Below the pieces are notes generated by a model that did no database searches, was not told where the DNA came from, and was given only the letters and a program-made list of their open reading frames with translations. This document shows positions 55,408-64,000 of a stretch of DNA of 64,000 nt, one piece after another. The translations under genes were made by a program, and so were the position numbers. The DNA lies in NCBI GenBank assembly GCA_963800385.1, contig CAWDAU010000009.1, forward strand, positions 721,264 through 785,263, given 5' to 3'. Source of the stretch: an uncultured Gammaproteobacteria bacterium (GTDB lineage: Bacteria > Pseudomonadota > Gammaproteobacteria > Steroidobacterales > Steroidobacteraceae). The stretch's first letter is position 1. Every line of letters starts with the position of its first letter.

Positions 55408-55743
55408 ATGATCAGCAAATTCAAAGCGCCGCTTCTCGCGGGCCTGTGCTTGACGGCATTGGGCAGCTCCGTAGGCGTTGCGCAGACCGTTCCCGATCAT
55501 CCTCGCGTAAACGAGGTCAATCAACGGCTCGACAATCAACAGGCCCGGATCAATCAGGGCGTGGCCAACGGCACCATGACGGGCAAGCAAGCCGCGCGTG
55601 ACGAAGCGCATGACGCCAATATCGCGAAGCGCGAAAGCGTTGACGAGGCCAAGCACAACGGGCACCTGACCAAGGGCGAGCAAAACCGCCTGAACAAATC
55701 CGAGAACAAGAATAGCCGCCGCATTTATAAACAGAAGCATTAG
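55408..55743 (+). CDS. small secreted hypothetical protein
   Basis: Signal peptide MISKFKAPLLAGLCLTALGSSVGVAQ. AAGGAG lies 5 nt upstream. The mature part is polar and low in complexity. Confidence 0.55.
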   Translation: MISKFKAPLLAGLCLTALGSSVGVAQTVPDHPRVNEVNQRLDNQQARINQGVANGTMTGKQAARDEAHDANIAKRESVDEAKHNGHLTKGEQNRLNKSENKNSRRIYKQKH

Positions 55744-55764
55744 GCCCAAGTCCATGGTCGATAC

Positions 55765-55792
55765 GCGCCACAGGTTCAAACGCCTGTGGCGC
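55765..55792. terminator. perfect 10-bp stem / 8-nt loop hairpin between convergent genes
   Basis: gcgccacagg-ttcaaacg-cctgtggcgc. No U-tract follows, so its function as an intrinsic terminator is uncertain. Confidence 0.45.
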
Positions 55793-55801
55793 GTCCATGA
55801 C

Positions 55802-56935
55802 CTAATGGCCCAGTACCTTGGCGAACAGGGCCGACACGCCGGTATTGATCGCAAACCCGCCGAAAATCAGCCAGCCAAACAGCAGCGCCGCCAGCCCGAG
55901 CGGCTTGATGCCGGCCGCGCGAATTGCGGAAAGCTGGGTGCTGACCCCGAGCGCGGCCATCGCCGTTGCCAGGATCAGCGTGTCCACATCGATGGCGGCG
56001 CTGACGAAGGCACGCGGCAAAAAGGCCATTGAATTGAATCCGGCCACCGCGATGAATCCGAGGGCGAACCAAGGTATGACGCCGCGCCACGACGGAGCAG
56101 GCATCGACGGCACATCTTCCGCCGGTTCCGCGGCTGCCTCCGGGTTACGCGACAAATACGCCGACAGCAGAACCAGGAAGGGCGCCAGCATCATGACGCG
56201 CACCAACTTGGTGATCACGGCGGTGTTCGCCGCGGCGTCGGCGACGGCCTTGCCTGCCGCGACCACCTGAGCGACTTCATGCACGGTGGAACCGGTAAAA
56301 ATGCCGTAGGAAAAGGGCGTGAGCGACAGCCAGTGCGCGCGCTCGTTCAAGTGGTAAAGAGCCGGATAAATGAAAATGGCGAGCGTGCCGAAGGCGACCA
56401 CGGTTGAGACCGCGACGCAGACTTCCTCCGCCCGGCCGCGCACCACCGGCTCGGCCGCCATCACCGCAGCCGCGCCGCAAATCGAACTGCCGGCTCCAAT
56501 GAGCATCGCCGTGCGCCGATTCAAACCGAAGTAGCGCGTGCCGGCCCAGCACGCCAGGCAGAAGGTGCTGCTCAAGACGATGGCATCGATCATGACGCCG
56601 GTCACGCCCACCTGCCCGATGTCCTGAAAGGTCAAGCGCAAGCCGAACAAGATGATCCCCAAGCGCAGGAGAATCTGCTTGGAGAAGGCCACGCCGCGGG
56701 CACTATGACTCGAGATGCGCGGATAGATGGTGTTGCCGGCGATCATGCCGCCCACAATGGCCAGCGTCAGCGCGCTGATCCCGTTGGCCTGCATCCAGGC
56801 GCTCTTCGCCAGTACGGTGGCGAGGATGGCGATGGCGCCGGTCAGCAGGACGCCGGGCAGCAAACTCATCAATCGTTGGCCATGCGGACTTCCCGGCTTT
56901 GCCGCCAGCGCCACCGAATTCGCCGCTGCCTGCAT
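55802..56935 (-). CDS. YeiH-family (UPF0324) putative sulfate exporter membrane protein
   Basis: Multi-TM protein paired divergently with a LysR (YeiE-like) regulator. The ATG at 56935 is preceded by GAGG. Confidence 0.8.
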   Translation of the reverse strand: MQAAANSVALAAKPGSPHGQRLMSLLPGVLLTGAIAILATVLAKSAWMQANGISALTLAIVGGMIAGNTIYPRISSHSARGVAFSKQILLRLGIILFGLRLTFQDIGQVGVTGVMIDAIVLSSTFCLACWAGTRYFGLNRRTAMLIGAGSSICGAAAVMAAEPVVRGRAEEVCVAVSTVVAFGTLAIFIYPALYHLNERAHWLSLTPFSYGIFTGSTVHEVAQVVAAGKAVADAAANTAVITKLVRVMMLAPFLVLLSAYLSRNPEAAAEPAEDVPSMPAPSWRGVIPWFALGFIAVAGFNSMAFLPRAFVSAAIDVDTLILATAMAALGVSTQLSAIRAAGIKPLGLAALLFGWLIFGGFAINTGVSALFAKVLGH

Positions 56936-57001
56936 AAGAACCTCGCGCCGCGCTGCATCGCGCCGGCGCACTATGCGCGCAAATCATATACTCGTAAAAT
57001 C

Positions 57002-57019
57002 GATTATTTGTCTATAATC
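57002..57019. promoter_or_regulatory. dyad GATTAT-N6-ATAATC (candidate LysR site) containing a TATAAT hexamer
   Basis: Perfect inverted repeat in the yeiH/lysR divergent intergenic region. A TATAAT hexamer lies at 57013-57018 on the plus strand. Confidence 0.45.
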
Positions 57020-57048
57020 AAGTTGTTTAGTGAGTTAAAGGGAACGGT

Positions 57049-57948
57049 ATGCGGGTGAGCCTGCGTCAATTGCAGATATTTCGCGCCATTGCGCTGAGCG
57101 GCAGCACCACGGCCGCGGCGCTGTCCGTGCCGCTATCGCAATCCGCCGCGAGCGCCGCGCTCAAGGAGTTGGAAAGCGCGCTGGGCGCGCGCTTCTTCGA
57201 CCGCGTGGGCAAGCGGCTGCTGCTCAACGACAATGGCCGCGCCCTGCTGCCGATGGCTCTCGCCGTCCTGGATGGCGCGCGCAGTCTGGAAACCGCTTTC
57301 CTGGCCAACAGCCAAGCCCTGCCCGTCGAGCTGCATATTTTCGCCAGCACCACGATCGGCAATTACATTTTGCCCGCGCTGCTGGCGCGCTTCAAGCAAC
57401 GGGTGCCGCGCGCCCGGCTCGAGCTGCAGATCGGCAATACGCTCGATGCGGTCACCGCGGTGCGCGACTTCGAAACCGATATCGGATTCATCGAGGGGCC
57501 GTGTCATGCGAAGGACATCATTGTCGTTCCCTGGCTGCAGGACGAGCTGGTGATCGTCGCTTCCCCCGCTCATCCGCTGGCGAAGACGGCGAGGCGGCGC
57601 AACCTTCGGGTCGAGGAACTTGCCCAGGCAGAGTGGCTGCTGCGCGAAGCGGGATCGGGCACGCGCGAAACGGTCGAGCAAGCGCTGTTGCCGCATCTGG
57701 TCAATATCCGCGCTTCGATGACGCTCGGCAGTTCCGAAGCGATCAAAAACTCCGTGGCCGAGGGCTTGGGTATCAGCTGCCTGTCGCGCTCGGTGGTGCG
57801 CAATCTCCTGGCCGCCAAGCGCTTGAACGTGCTCGCAACCACCCTGCCGCGCCTGACTCGAAGTTTTTCGATGATTCGGCACGAGAGCAAGGTGCTGTCC
57901 GAACCCTTGCGCCAGTTCGTCGCGCACTGCCAGGTCAGCGGCGCTTAG
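57049..57948 (+). CDS. LysR-family transcriptional regulator
   Basis: LRQLQIFRAIALSGSTTAAALSVPLSQSAASAALKELE HTH segment plus a LysR substrate-binding domain. Confidence 0.85.
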   Translation: MRVSLRQLQIFRAIALSGSTTAAALSVPLSQSAASAALKELESALGARFFDRVGKRLLLNDNGRALLPMALAVLDGARSLETAFLANSQALPVELHIFASTTIGNYILPALLARFKQRVPRARLELQIGNTLDAVTAVRDFETDIGFIEGPCHAKDIIVVPWLQDELVIVASPAHPLAKTARRRNLRVEELAQAEWLLREAGSGTRETVEQALLPHLVNIRASMTLGSSEAIKNSVAEGLGISCLSRSVVRNLLAAKRLNVLATTLPRLTRSFSMIRHESKVLSEPLRQFVAHCQVSGA

Positions 57949-58715
57949 GGCGCCTCGCGGCAGCGGGACGGCGCAAACGCGGGGGTGGCCTCCGCGGGTG
58001 CCACCTCGATCGCATCCTGCAGCAGCTTGAGCGCGCTGCTTGGATCATCGGCAAACGCGAACAGCGTCAGATCCTCGCGGCTGATCACGCCGTGGCGGAC
58101 CAAGGCTTCGAAGTTGATGATCTCTTTCCAATAGCTCGAGCCGTACAAGATGATCGGCAATTTGCGATCGAGCTTGTGCGTTTGCGCCAGGGTCAGCACT
58201 TCCATGAGTTCGTCCAGGGTTCCGAAGCCGCCGGGGAAAGCGACCATGGCCCGCGCCAGATGGGCAAACCACAGTTTACGCATGAAGAAATAGCGGAACT
58301 TGAACAACAGGCCGCGGGTGACGTACGGATTGGGCGCCTGTTCGTGCGGCAGGCTGATATTGAGGCCCATGGTGCGGCCGCCGGCATCCTGCGCTCCGCG
58401 ATTGGCCGCTTCCATGATGCCCCCGCCGCCGCCGGAGCAGATGACGAAGCGGTGCACATGCTGCGCCAAGGATTGCGACCACAAGGTGATCAGCCGCGCG
58501 AGTTCACGCGCCTCGCTGTAATAGCGGCCCAACGGTCCCTGCGCCGTCAAGCGCGCGGAACCGAAGAACACGATGGTGTCGTGCACGCGCTGCAGCCGCA
58601 AACGGCGCAGCGGATCCAAGTATTCGGAGATGATGCGCAGCGGCCGCGCGTCGTCGCTGGCGAGAAAATCCGCATCGAGGTACGCCAACGAATCTTGCGT
58701 TTCGTGATTTTTCAT
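57945..58715 (-). CDS. LOG-family (TIGR00730) nucleotide 5'-monophosphate nucleosidase-like protein
   Basis: GGGGGIMEA and PGGFGTLDEL motifs. Confidence 0.85.
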   Translation of the reverse strand: MKNHETQDSLAYLDADFLASDDARPLRIISEYLDPLRRLRLQRVHDTIVFFGSARLTAQGPLGRYYSEARELARLITLWSQSLAQHVHRFVICSGGGGGIMEAANRGAQDAGGRTMGLNISLPHEQAPNPYVTRGLLFKFRYFFMRKLWFAHLARAMVAFPGGFGTLDELMEVLTLAQTHKLDRKLPIILYGSSYWKEIINFEALVRHGVISREDLTLFAFADDPSSALKLLQDAIEVAPAEATPAFAPSRCREAP

Positions 58716-58721
58716 GTTTGG

Positions 58722-60200
58722 CTAAATTCTCGCAAAGTCGATGAAACCGCGCTCGACATCGGTGTGCAGCAGCATCACGCGCACGCGATCTCCGACGTCC
58801 AGTCCTTCGAATCCCCTGACCACTTTCCCTTCGGTGGTGGGCGAAGAGATGCGCACCCAAGTACCCTTTTGCGATGCGCCGGTGACCAGGGCATCGAACT
58901 TCGCGCCGATGCGCGAGGCCAGCAAGGAGGCGGCGGCCGATTTGTTCACGGCGCGCTCAACCTTGGCCGCGTTGTGCTCCTGCAGAGTGCAATGAGCCGC
59001 CAGATCTTCAAGTTGCGCATCGCTGTACGGAGAGGCTTGGCGGCTCAACGCCGCCTTGAGCACGCGCTGCGTGATGAGATCGGGAAAGCGCCGATTGGGC
59101 GCCGTCGAATGGGTGTAATCGACGATGGCGAGGCCGAAATGGCCCGCAATGACTTGCCCGGGTTTGTCCAAGACGTATTCGCCGGACCCCAAGAGCTTGA
59201 TCACCGACAGCGACAGATCCGGGTAGAGATCCGGAGCCTCCTGGCGGCGCTTCGCGAGAAACGCGTTCAGCGCCGGCGCACTCGGCTCGCGGGGCAATTT
59301 CTCTCCCAGGCTCGCCGCCAGTGCGACGATGCGGTCCCAGCGCTTGGGTTCTCTTAACACTCGGCGCAGTGCGCTGAAGCCGCGGGATGCGAGAAATTGC
59401 GCGGTCGCACCATTGGCGGCCACCATGAATTCTTCGATCAATTGCTTGGCGCGATTCGGCTCATCGGGAGCCAGATCGCTCAACACCCCCGCGCTGAACA
59501 CCGGCTGAGTTTCAATGGTCTCCAGGTCGAGCGCGCCGCGGGCCCGGCGCACCGCGCGCAGCGATTGCGCCGCTTGGTCCTGGGCGCGAAGCTGGAGATC
59601 CATGCCGGCCACCGCCGCGACCCCCGGCGGCATCGGCCCGGTGCCCGCGAGCCACGCTCCGACCGCGTTGTAAGCCAGCTTGGCACGATTGAGCACCCAC
59701 GCACGATACAATTCCGAGTGCACGACGGCACCCGCGGCATCGATCGTCATGTCGCAGATCAATGCCAGCCGTTCCTGGTTTTGGCCCAGCGAGGTCAGGT
59801 CGGTCGAGAGCTTCTCCGGCAACATGGAGAAAATCGCCGCCGGCGTGTAGACCGAGGTCGTATTGATGCGCGCATGCTCGTCGATGGGCGAGCCCGGCTT
59901 GACCACGGCATCGACATCGGCGATCGCCACCAAAATCCTGCTCGCGCCCGAATCGGAGTCGGCGACGCTGAGCTGATCGAGATCGCGCGAATTGTCGTTG
60001 TCGATCGACGCCCACAAGAGATGACGCATATCGCGAATGTCGGGAGCGGAATCGCGCGCCGGTTCGCTGATCGATGCCATCTGCCGCAACGCCGCGGCAC
60101 CAAAATCCGGCAGCAGGCCATTGTTCGTCATGGCCTGGCGCGCAACCCTCATCAGGAGGCTGCTGGAGGCAGCCGGCGCGGTGGTCGTTTGGATATCCAT
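58722..60200 (-). CDS. RNB-domain exoribonuclease (RNase II family) with C-terminal S1-like domain and no N-terminal cold-shock domains
   Basis: RDLDQL, SVYTP and HFGLA..YTHSTAPNRRFPDL RNB motifs. Start taken as the ATG at 60200. Confidence 0.8.
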   Translation of the reverse strand: MDIQTTTAPAASSSLLMRVARQAMTNNGLLPDFGAAALRQMASISEPARDSAPDIRDMRHLLWASIDNDNSRDLDQLSVADSDSGASRILVAIADVDAVVKPGSPIDEHARINTTSVYTPAAIFSMLPEKLSTDLTSLGQNQERLALICDMTIDAAGAVVHSELYRAWVLNRAKLAYNAVGAWLAGTGPMPPGVAAVAGMDLQLRAQDQAAQSLRAVRRARGALDLETIETQPVFSAGVLSDLAPDEPNRAKQLIEEFMVAANGATAQFLASRGFSALRRVLREPKRWDRIVALAASLGEKLPREPSAPALNAFLAKRRQEAPDLYPDLSLSVIKLLGSGEYVLDKPGQVIAGHFGLAIVDYTHSTAPNRRFPDLITQRVLKAALSRQASPYSDAQLEDLAAHCTLQEHNAAKVERAVNKSAAASLLASRIGAKFDALVTGASQKGTWVRISSPTTEGKVVRGFEGLDVGDRVRVMLLHTDVERGFIDFARI

Positions 60201-60210
60201 CGGATTCCGC

Positions 60211-60861
60211 CTAGGCGAACCAGCAATTGGTGGCGACCGTAATACGCGTGTCGCTGCCGTAAAAAGGCGTGACTTCGTGGAATACATACGAGGGGAAAAT
60301 CACCAGCTGTCCCGCGTCGAGTTTGAATTCCACCGGCGCCAAGGCATAGGGCCGCTGCAAGCTTGCGTTGGCGGGATCCAGATACGCGTTGGCGCCCTGC
60401 CTGACATCGAGGAATCGCAGCACGCCGCTGTCGGGGTGCTGCGCCACGCTTTCGCCGGCGCGCACGCAGTAGACGCCGGACCACGACGCCAGCGGGTGAT
60501 TGTGGGCGACGAAGGAACCGGCAAAGCGTGAGATATGAAACCAGGTGTGATTTTGGAAACTCAGCCTGGCGATATCCTGCGGCTTCAGCGAGGTCGTCTC
60601 GATCGCCATCTGCGCCACCGCGTTCAGCATGAAGCTGCGCAGTTCCTGCACGCAGCTTTCAGGCCAACGAAATAGATTGAAGCGGCTTTCGAATGTCTCG
60701 GCCTGCGGCACGTGGCTCGGCGTGGGATTTCGATGCTCGTCGGATTCGCGCTGCAGAAACAACGCGGTCAGCTCGCGATTGAGGCGTTCGCAATTCGCCA
60801 GCCGCGTCTCGCCGAAGGGCGTGGCGAACAGCGGCCGCACCGTCAGCGCGCCGGCTACCAT
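60211..60861 (-). CDS. TIGR02466-like putative 2OG-Fe(II) oxygenase-fold protein
   Basis: AHNHPLASWSGVYCV ... GVLRFLD ... LVIFPSYVFHEV pattern. Start is the ATG at 60861. Confidence 0.7.
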   Translation of the reverse strand: MVAGALTVRPLFATPFGETRLANCERLNRELTALFLQRESDEHRNPTPSHVPQAETFESRFNLFRWPESCVQELRSFMLNAVAQMAIETTSLKPQDIARLSFQNHTWFHISRFAGSFVAHNHPLASWSGVYCVRAGESVAQHPDSGVLRFLDVRQGANAYLDPANASLQRPYALAPVEFKLDAGQLVIFPSYVFHEVTPFYGSDTRITVATNCWFA

Positions 60862-61517
60862 CGGGAAAAGCCTTGCTGGCCCGGCGCGACAAAGCGGCAA
60901 CGGGCGGTGACCAACACCAATTCGCCCGCGGCGCGCAGCAACGCGACCTCATGCGTCAGCGATGCGGGGAAAATCACCAGGTTTCCCGGCGCCGGCCGCC
61001 AGGCATAGTGCGACTGCGAATAGGGTATCCGCAGCGCCGAGTTGGTTGCGTCTTGAAAACTCGAGCCCAGGCGCGATTCGTACAGCCGCACGACGCCGCT
61101 GTCGGGCCGGTCCTCGACGGGCGGCGGCGCGGCCACGCAATAAATGACGCACCAAGCGCTCAGGGGATAGTTTGCCGCAGGCACTGCGCCATGGGTGCGC
61201 ACAATGGTGAACCAGGCGCGCATTTCCAGGCGGCAGGCCCGCAGCTGCGCCTCGTTCAGATCGCTCACCTCGCTCGCCAGCGAGCAAACGGCGCGCGCGA
61301 TTGCCTCCGACAGCTGGCGCGCCGGCAGTTCCGGCCATTCCATGAAGTCATCGGCGCTGCGATAGCGCAGCGGATTGAGCGCGGGCCGGCGATCGGCCGC
61401 GACGCGCTGCGCGAACAGCTCGCGCAAAGCAGGATTCAACTCCTGCGCGCCCGCAACCGCCGCCTGGCCGAGCGGCGTTGCGAGAATGGGCACGACGCTG
61501 GTCAGCACGCTGCTCAT
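60855..61517 (-). CDS. TIGR02466-like paralog lacking both N-terminal His residues of the motif
   Basis: Aligns colinearly with the neighbouring paralog but reads AANYPLSAWCVIYCV. The distal LVIFPASLTHEV is kept. ATGA overlap with the upstream sulfotransferase stop. Confidence 0.65.
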   Translation of the reverse strand: MSSVLTSVVPILATPLGQAAVAGAQELNPALRELFAQRVAADRRPALNPLRYRSADDFMEWPELPARQLSEAIARAVCSLASEVSDLNEAQLRACRLEMRAWFTIVRTHGAVPAANYPLSAWCVIYCVAAPPPVEDRPDSGVVRLYESRLGSSFQDATNSALRIPYSQSHYAWRPAPGNLVIFPASLTHEVALLRAAGELVLVTARCRFVAPGQQGFSRW

Positions 61518-62974
61518 AGGAACTCCGCGAGCTCCCGGCGCAATTCCGTCAATTCCTGCAAGTAATGGCGCGAGCGGCCCGATGATGAGCCGTAGAGCGG
61601 TTCGCGCACCTGCCAACCGCTCGCCGTCCTGATGGCGGCACTGCGCGCCGCGACCTTCGGCACCTGTCCGGGCCACGCAAGCCCCAGAAACTCGCACAAG
61701 GCTTTGAACTGCGGCTCCGGATCCTTCACCAGCGCATCGTAGTTGAACTCGAAGATGTCGCCCGCGAATTCAGCGTTCCAATGCGCCATGAGGCGCCGAT
61801 ACTCGCGGTAGAAGTGTCCGATGTCCTGGATGTTCAATGCGTAACTCATCTGTTGTTCCAGATGCAGAAAGAAAATGGATAAACAATTGTCCAAGGGGTC
61901 GCGCGTCGTATGCACTATCTTGGCGTCCGGAAACAGACGCTTGATGAATCCGACGTACAGGAAATTATCGAGGCGCTTGTCGGTCACGAAGGACGCGCCG
62001 GCCGAGGCACGCAGCAGTTCGGCACGATAGCGCGCCGCGATGCCGTCCAGCCGTTCCACGCTCATCGCGGCCAGGGAGTCAAAAAACGGCACCAGTTCAG
62101 TGTTGATCAGTTGCGGCAGAAAATTGAGTTCGCCGCCCGCGGCGACTCCGGGAACCCCGGCGAGCAATTGTTCGGCCAGCGTGGATCCGGAGCGAAACAT
62201 TCCGACGATGAAGATGGGCCGCGGCGCCAGATCCAGAATGTGCGCGCGGGCGCGCGGCGTTCCCGCGGCAATCAAGCGATCGACGTAGCCGCTGAGTTCT
62301 GCGCGATCATAGGGAGCGAGCCGCGCTCCGGCGCTCGCGAAGCTCGCCGCGTTGGCCGCCGCGTAGGCGGCAAACGCTTCAGGGTAGCGCGCCCTGGCGT
62401 CGAGCAGCCGGCCGAGCGCAAACCCCAGGCTGGCGCGATCGCTCCAGGCAGAGGCTTCGCTCAGTGCGCTTTGCAGACGCTCGATGAGCGCCGCATCGAC
62501 GCTGTCCGCGGGTTGTAGATTGGCGAAACGCGCCAGCGCTTCGAAGCTCTTGGGGTCGATGGCCAGAATTCGCGCGTATAGAGAGCTGGCCTCGGCGCGC
62601 TTGCCCAAGTCCTCGTATAAAATCGCGAGGTTGAGCAGTGCATGCGTATACCCAGGATTGAGCGTGAGGGCGTGCTGCAGTTCCGCAGCCGCCGCGGCGT
62701 GATCGCGCAGGCAATCGCTGTAGATGACGCTGCGATTCAAATGCACTTCTTCGGGACGCGCGATGCCGGCGGCGAGCGCCCGCTGATAGGAATCGAGCGC
62801 GTCTTCGAATCGAGAATTCTCGCGCTGCAGGATCGCCAGGTTGTACCAAGCATCGGCGAATTTCGGCCAGCGGGTGAGAATCGCGCCGTACGCCGCCATC
62901 GCCTCGGCGATCTTGTTCTGGCGGCGCAATTGCGCGGCCCTGCCCATCGCTTCGGAAACTTCGCTCAAGATCAC
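61514..62974 (-). CDS. TPR-repeat sulfotransferase family protein
   Basis: N-terminal TPR repeats, then the PAPS 5'-phosphosulfate-binding loop IFIVGMFRSGSTL. Confidence 0.8.
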   Translation of the reverse strand: MILSEVSEAMGRAAQLRRQNKIAEAMAAYGAILTRWPKFADAWYNLAILQRENSRFEDALDSYQRALAAGIARPEEVHLNRSVIYSDCLRDHAAAAAELQHALTLNPGYTHALLNLAILYEDLGKRAEASSLYARILAIDPKSFEALARFANLQPADSVDAALIERLQSALSEASAWSDRASLGFALGRLLDARARYPEAFAAYAAANAASFASAGARLAPYDRAELSGYVDRLIAAGTPRARAHILDLAPRPIFIVGMFRSGSTLAEQLLAGVPGVAAGGELNFLPQLINTELVPFFDSLAAMSVERLDGIAARYRAELLRASAGASFVTDKRLDNFLYVGFIKRLFPDAKIVHTTRDPLDNCLSIFFLHLEQQMSYALNIQDIGHFYREYRRLMAHWNAEFAGDIFEFNYDALVKDPEPQFKALCEFLGLAWPGQVPKVAARSAAIRTASGWQVREPLYGSSSGRSRHYLQELTELRRELAEFL

Positions 62975-63053
62975 CTCGGCCGCGAGTAATTGCCGATTTT
63001 CCCATATCCGGCCGATTCCGGTAGCCTTGGGCGCAAACTAATGCCGGCACACC

Positions 63054-64000
63054 ATGGCTCGAAATCTTGAAACTGACTTAGAAACTCTGCGTACGGTGCT
63101 GCGCCTGGCGCAAAACCGCGATTTTGCGGCCGCGGCAGCCCTCGCCGAAGAGACTCTGGCGTCGGGGTTCGAGCATCCGATGCTGTTGAATATCGCGGCG
63201 ACGCGCCTCGAGCAAGAAGGCAAGTATCTCGAGGCGCTCGAGTTGCTGGAACGCGCGGTGCGTATTGCGCCAAACGACGTTGGCGCGCGCAATGCCCTGG
63301 CGCTGTGTTTGCTGCGCCTCGACCGGCCTGCCGAAGCTCTTTACCATATTGATGAATTGCTGAAGCAGCACCCCGAGCTGGCGTTCGCCCATGTCAACCG
63401 CGGCAATGCGCTCATGGCGCTCGGCTCCTTGGGAGCCGCCAGGCAGAGCCAGCTGCGTGCCTTCGAACTGGAGCCGAAAAATTTTTCCGCGACCGCGGCG
63501 CTTGCTTCGATCGCCACGCACCGCGGGCAGCACGCCGAAGCCCGCCGCTGGGCGGAGCTAACGCTGGCGGCTGCGCCGGGATTTCCCGACGCCGTCCTGT
63601 CGCTGGCTGCTGCGGAATTGGCCGAGGGGGATCCGGCGTCCGCCGAAAAACGGCTGCGGCGGTTGATCGATGATTCGCGCGCGGGAGCCGCCGATCGGGC
63701 GCGCGCCACCGGGTTGTTGGGCGATGTGTTCGACGCGACCGGCCGTTACGATGAGGCCTTCGAGGCGTACGGCACCTGCAACCTATCCCTGCGTCAAATT
63801 CATCATCGGTTTGCCGCATCGAACCTCTTGGGGTATGCACGCTCCCTGACTCCCGCGGCGAAAATGCTCGAGGCCGCAGGGTCTGCCGAAGCGCCGCCAT
63901 CCTCCACGGCACCGCCGTCCTCCGCGGCCGCGGGCCATGCCTTTCTCATCGGCTTTCCCCGCACCGGCACCACCTTGGTGGAGGTTGTGCTCGACGGCAA
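63054..64000 (+). CDS. TPR-repeat sulfotransferase family protein (3' end lies outside the window)
   Basis: Hand translation from the ATG at 63054 stays open to the window edge. TPR repeats, then AFLIGFPRTGTTLVEVVLDG (PAPS-binding loop). Absent from the ORF track because no stop is reached. Confidence 0.75.
   Translation, partial: MARNLETDLETLRTVLRLAQNRDFAAAAALAEETLASGFEHPMLLNIAATRLEQEGKYLEALELLERAVRIAPNDVGARNALALCLLRLDRPAEALYHIDELLKQHPELAFAHVNRGNALMALGSLGAARQSQLRAFELEPKNFSATAALASIATHRGQHAEARRWAELTLAAAPGFPDAVLSLAAAELAEGDPASAEKRLRRLIDDSRAGAADRARATGLLGDVFDATGRYDEAFEAYGTCNLSLRQIHHRFAASNLLGYARSLTPAAKMLEAAGSAEAPPSSTAPPSSAAAGHAFLIGFPRTGTTLVEVVLDG

Noticed and set aside
57501-59357. 618-aa plus-strand ORF spanning the LOG and RNB loci
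   Set aside because: It runs antisense across two well-supported minus-strand genes and their junction. Its composition is low-complexity and Arg/Ala/Gly-rich, and it has no recognisable domain.

Overview
High-GC chromosomal segment from a Gram-negative bacterium (TonB-dependent receptor, Tat-type signal peptides), densely coding on both strands. I support about 62 protein genes. I saw no rRNA, tRNA, CRISPR array, transposase or integrase. Many of the long ORFs in the six-frame track are antisense or out-of-frame shadows typical of high GC. Main blocks: (1) 1-9.1 kb, mixed metabolism: SMP-30-like protein, MFS transporter, Gfo/Idh/MocA oxidoreductase, P450, HAD hydrolase, HD-domain protein and an IorAB-type Mo/2Fe-2S oxidoreductase. 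(2) 9.1-13.5 kb, a KaiA-less clock or timer operon: RHH gene, kaiC, kaiB, kaiB and a PAS hybrid histidine kinase, with every junction a 4-nt ATGA overlap. (3) 15.3-18.3 kb, an A/T-richer plus-strand cassette: micro-ORF, orphan 180-aa protein and a transmembrane TIR-TPR protein. This is my best candidate for an undescribed system. (4) 18.3-30.1 kb, an IclR-controlled aromatic-catabolism-like operon: citryl-CoA-lyase-like protein, CoA transferase, two MetE-like proteins, TonB receptor, VOC protein, atypical methyltransferase-like protein and an intradiol dioxygenase, with MTHFR-like and WrbA genes alongside. (5) 30-57 kb, assorted genes: glgP, an aldo/keto reductase (AKR), a TetR unit, two FtsX-type permeases with no ATPase, a truncated NAGLU remnant, cysH/tauE, two serine hydrolases, a Coq4-family plus DCC/lipase-maturation-factor (LMF) pair, an amine oxidase and a yeiH/LysR pair. 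(6) 57.9-64 kb, a tightly packed minus-strand array (TPR-sulfotransferase, two TIGR02466-like proteins, RNB ribonuclease, LOG) facing a second, divergent TPR-sulfotransferase. All calls come from reading motifs by eye; no database search was run.
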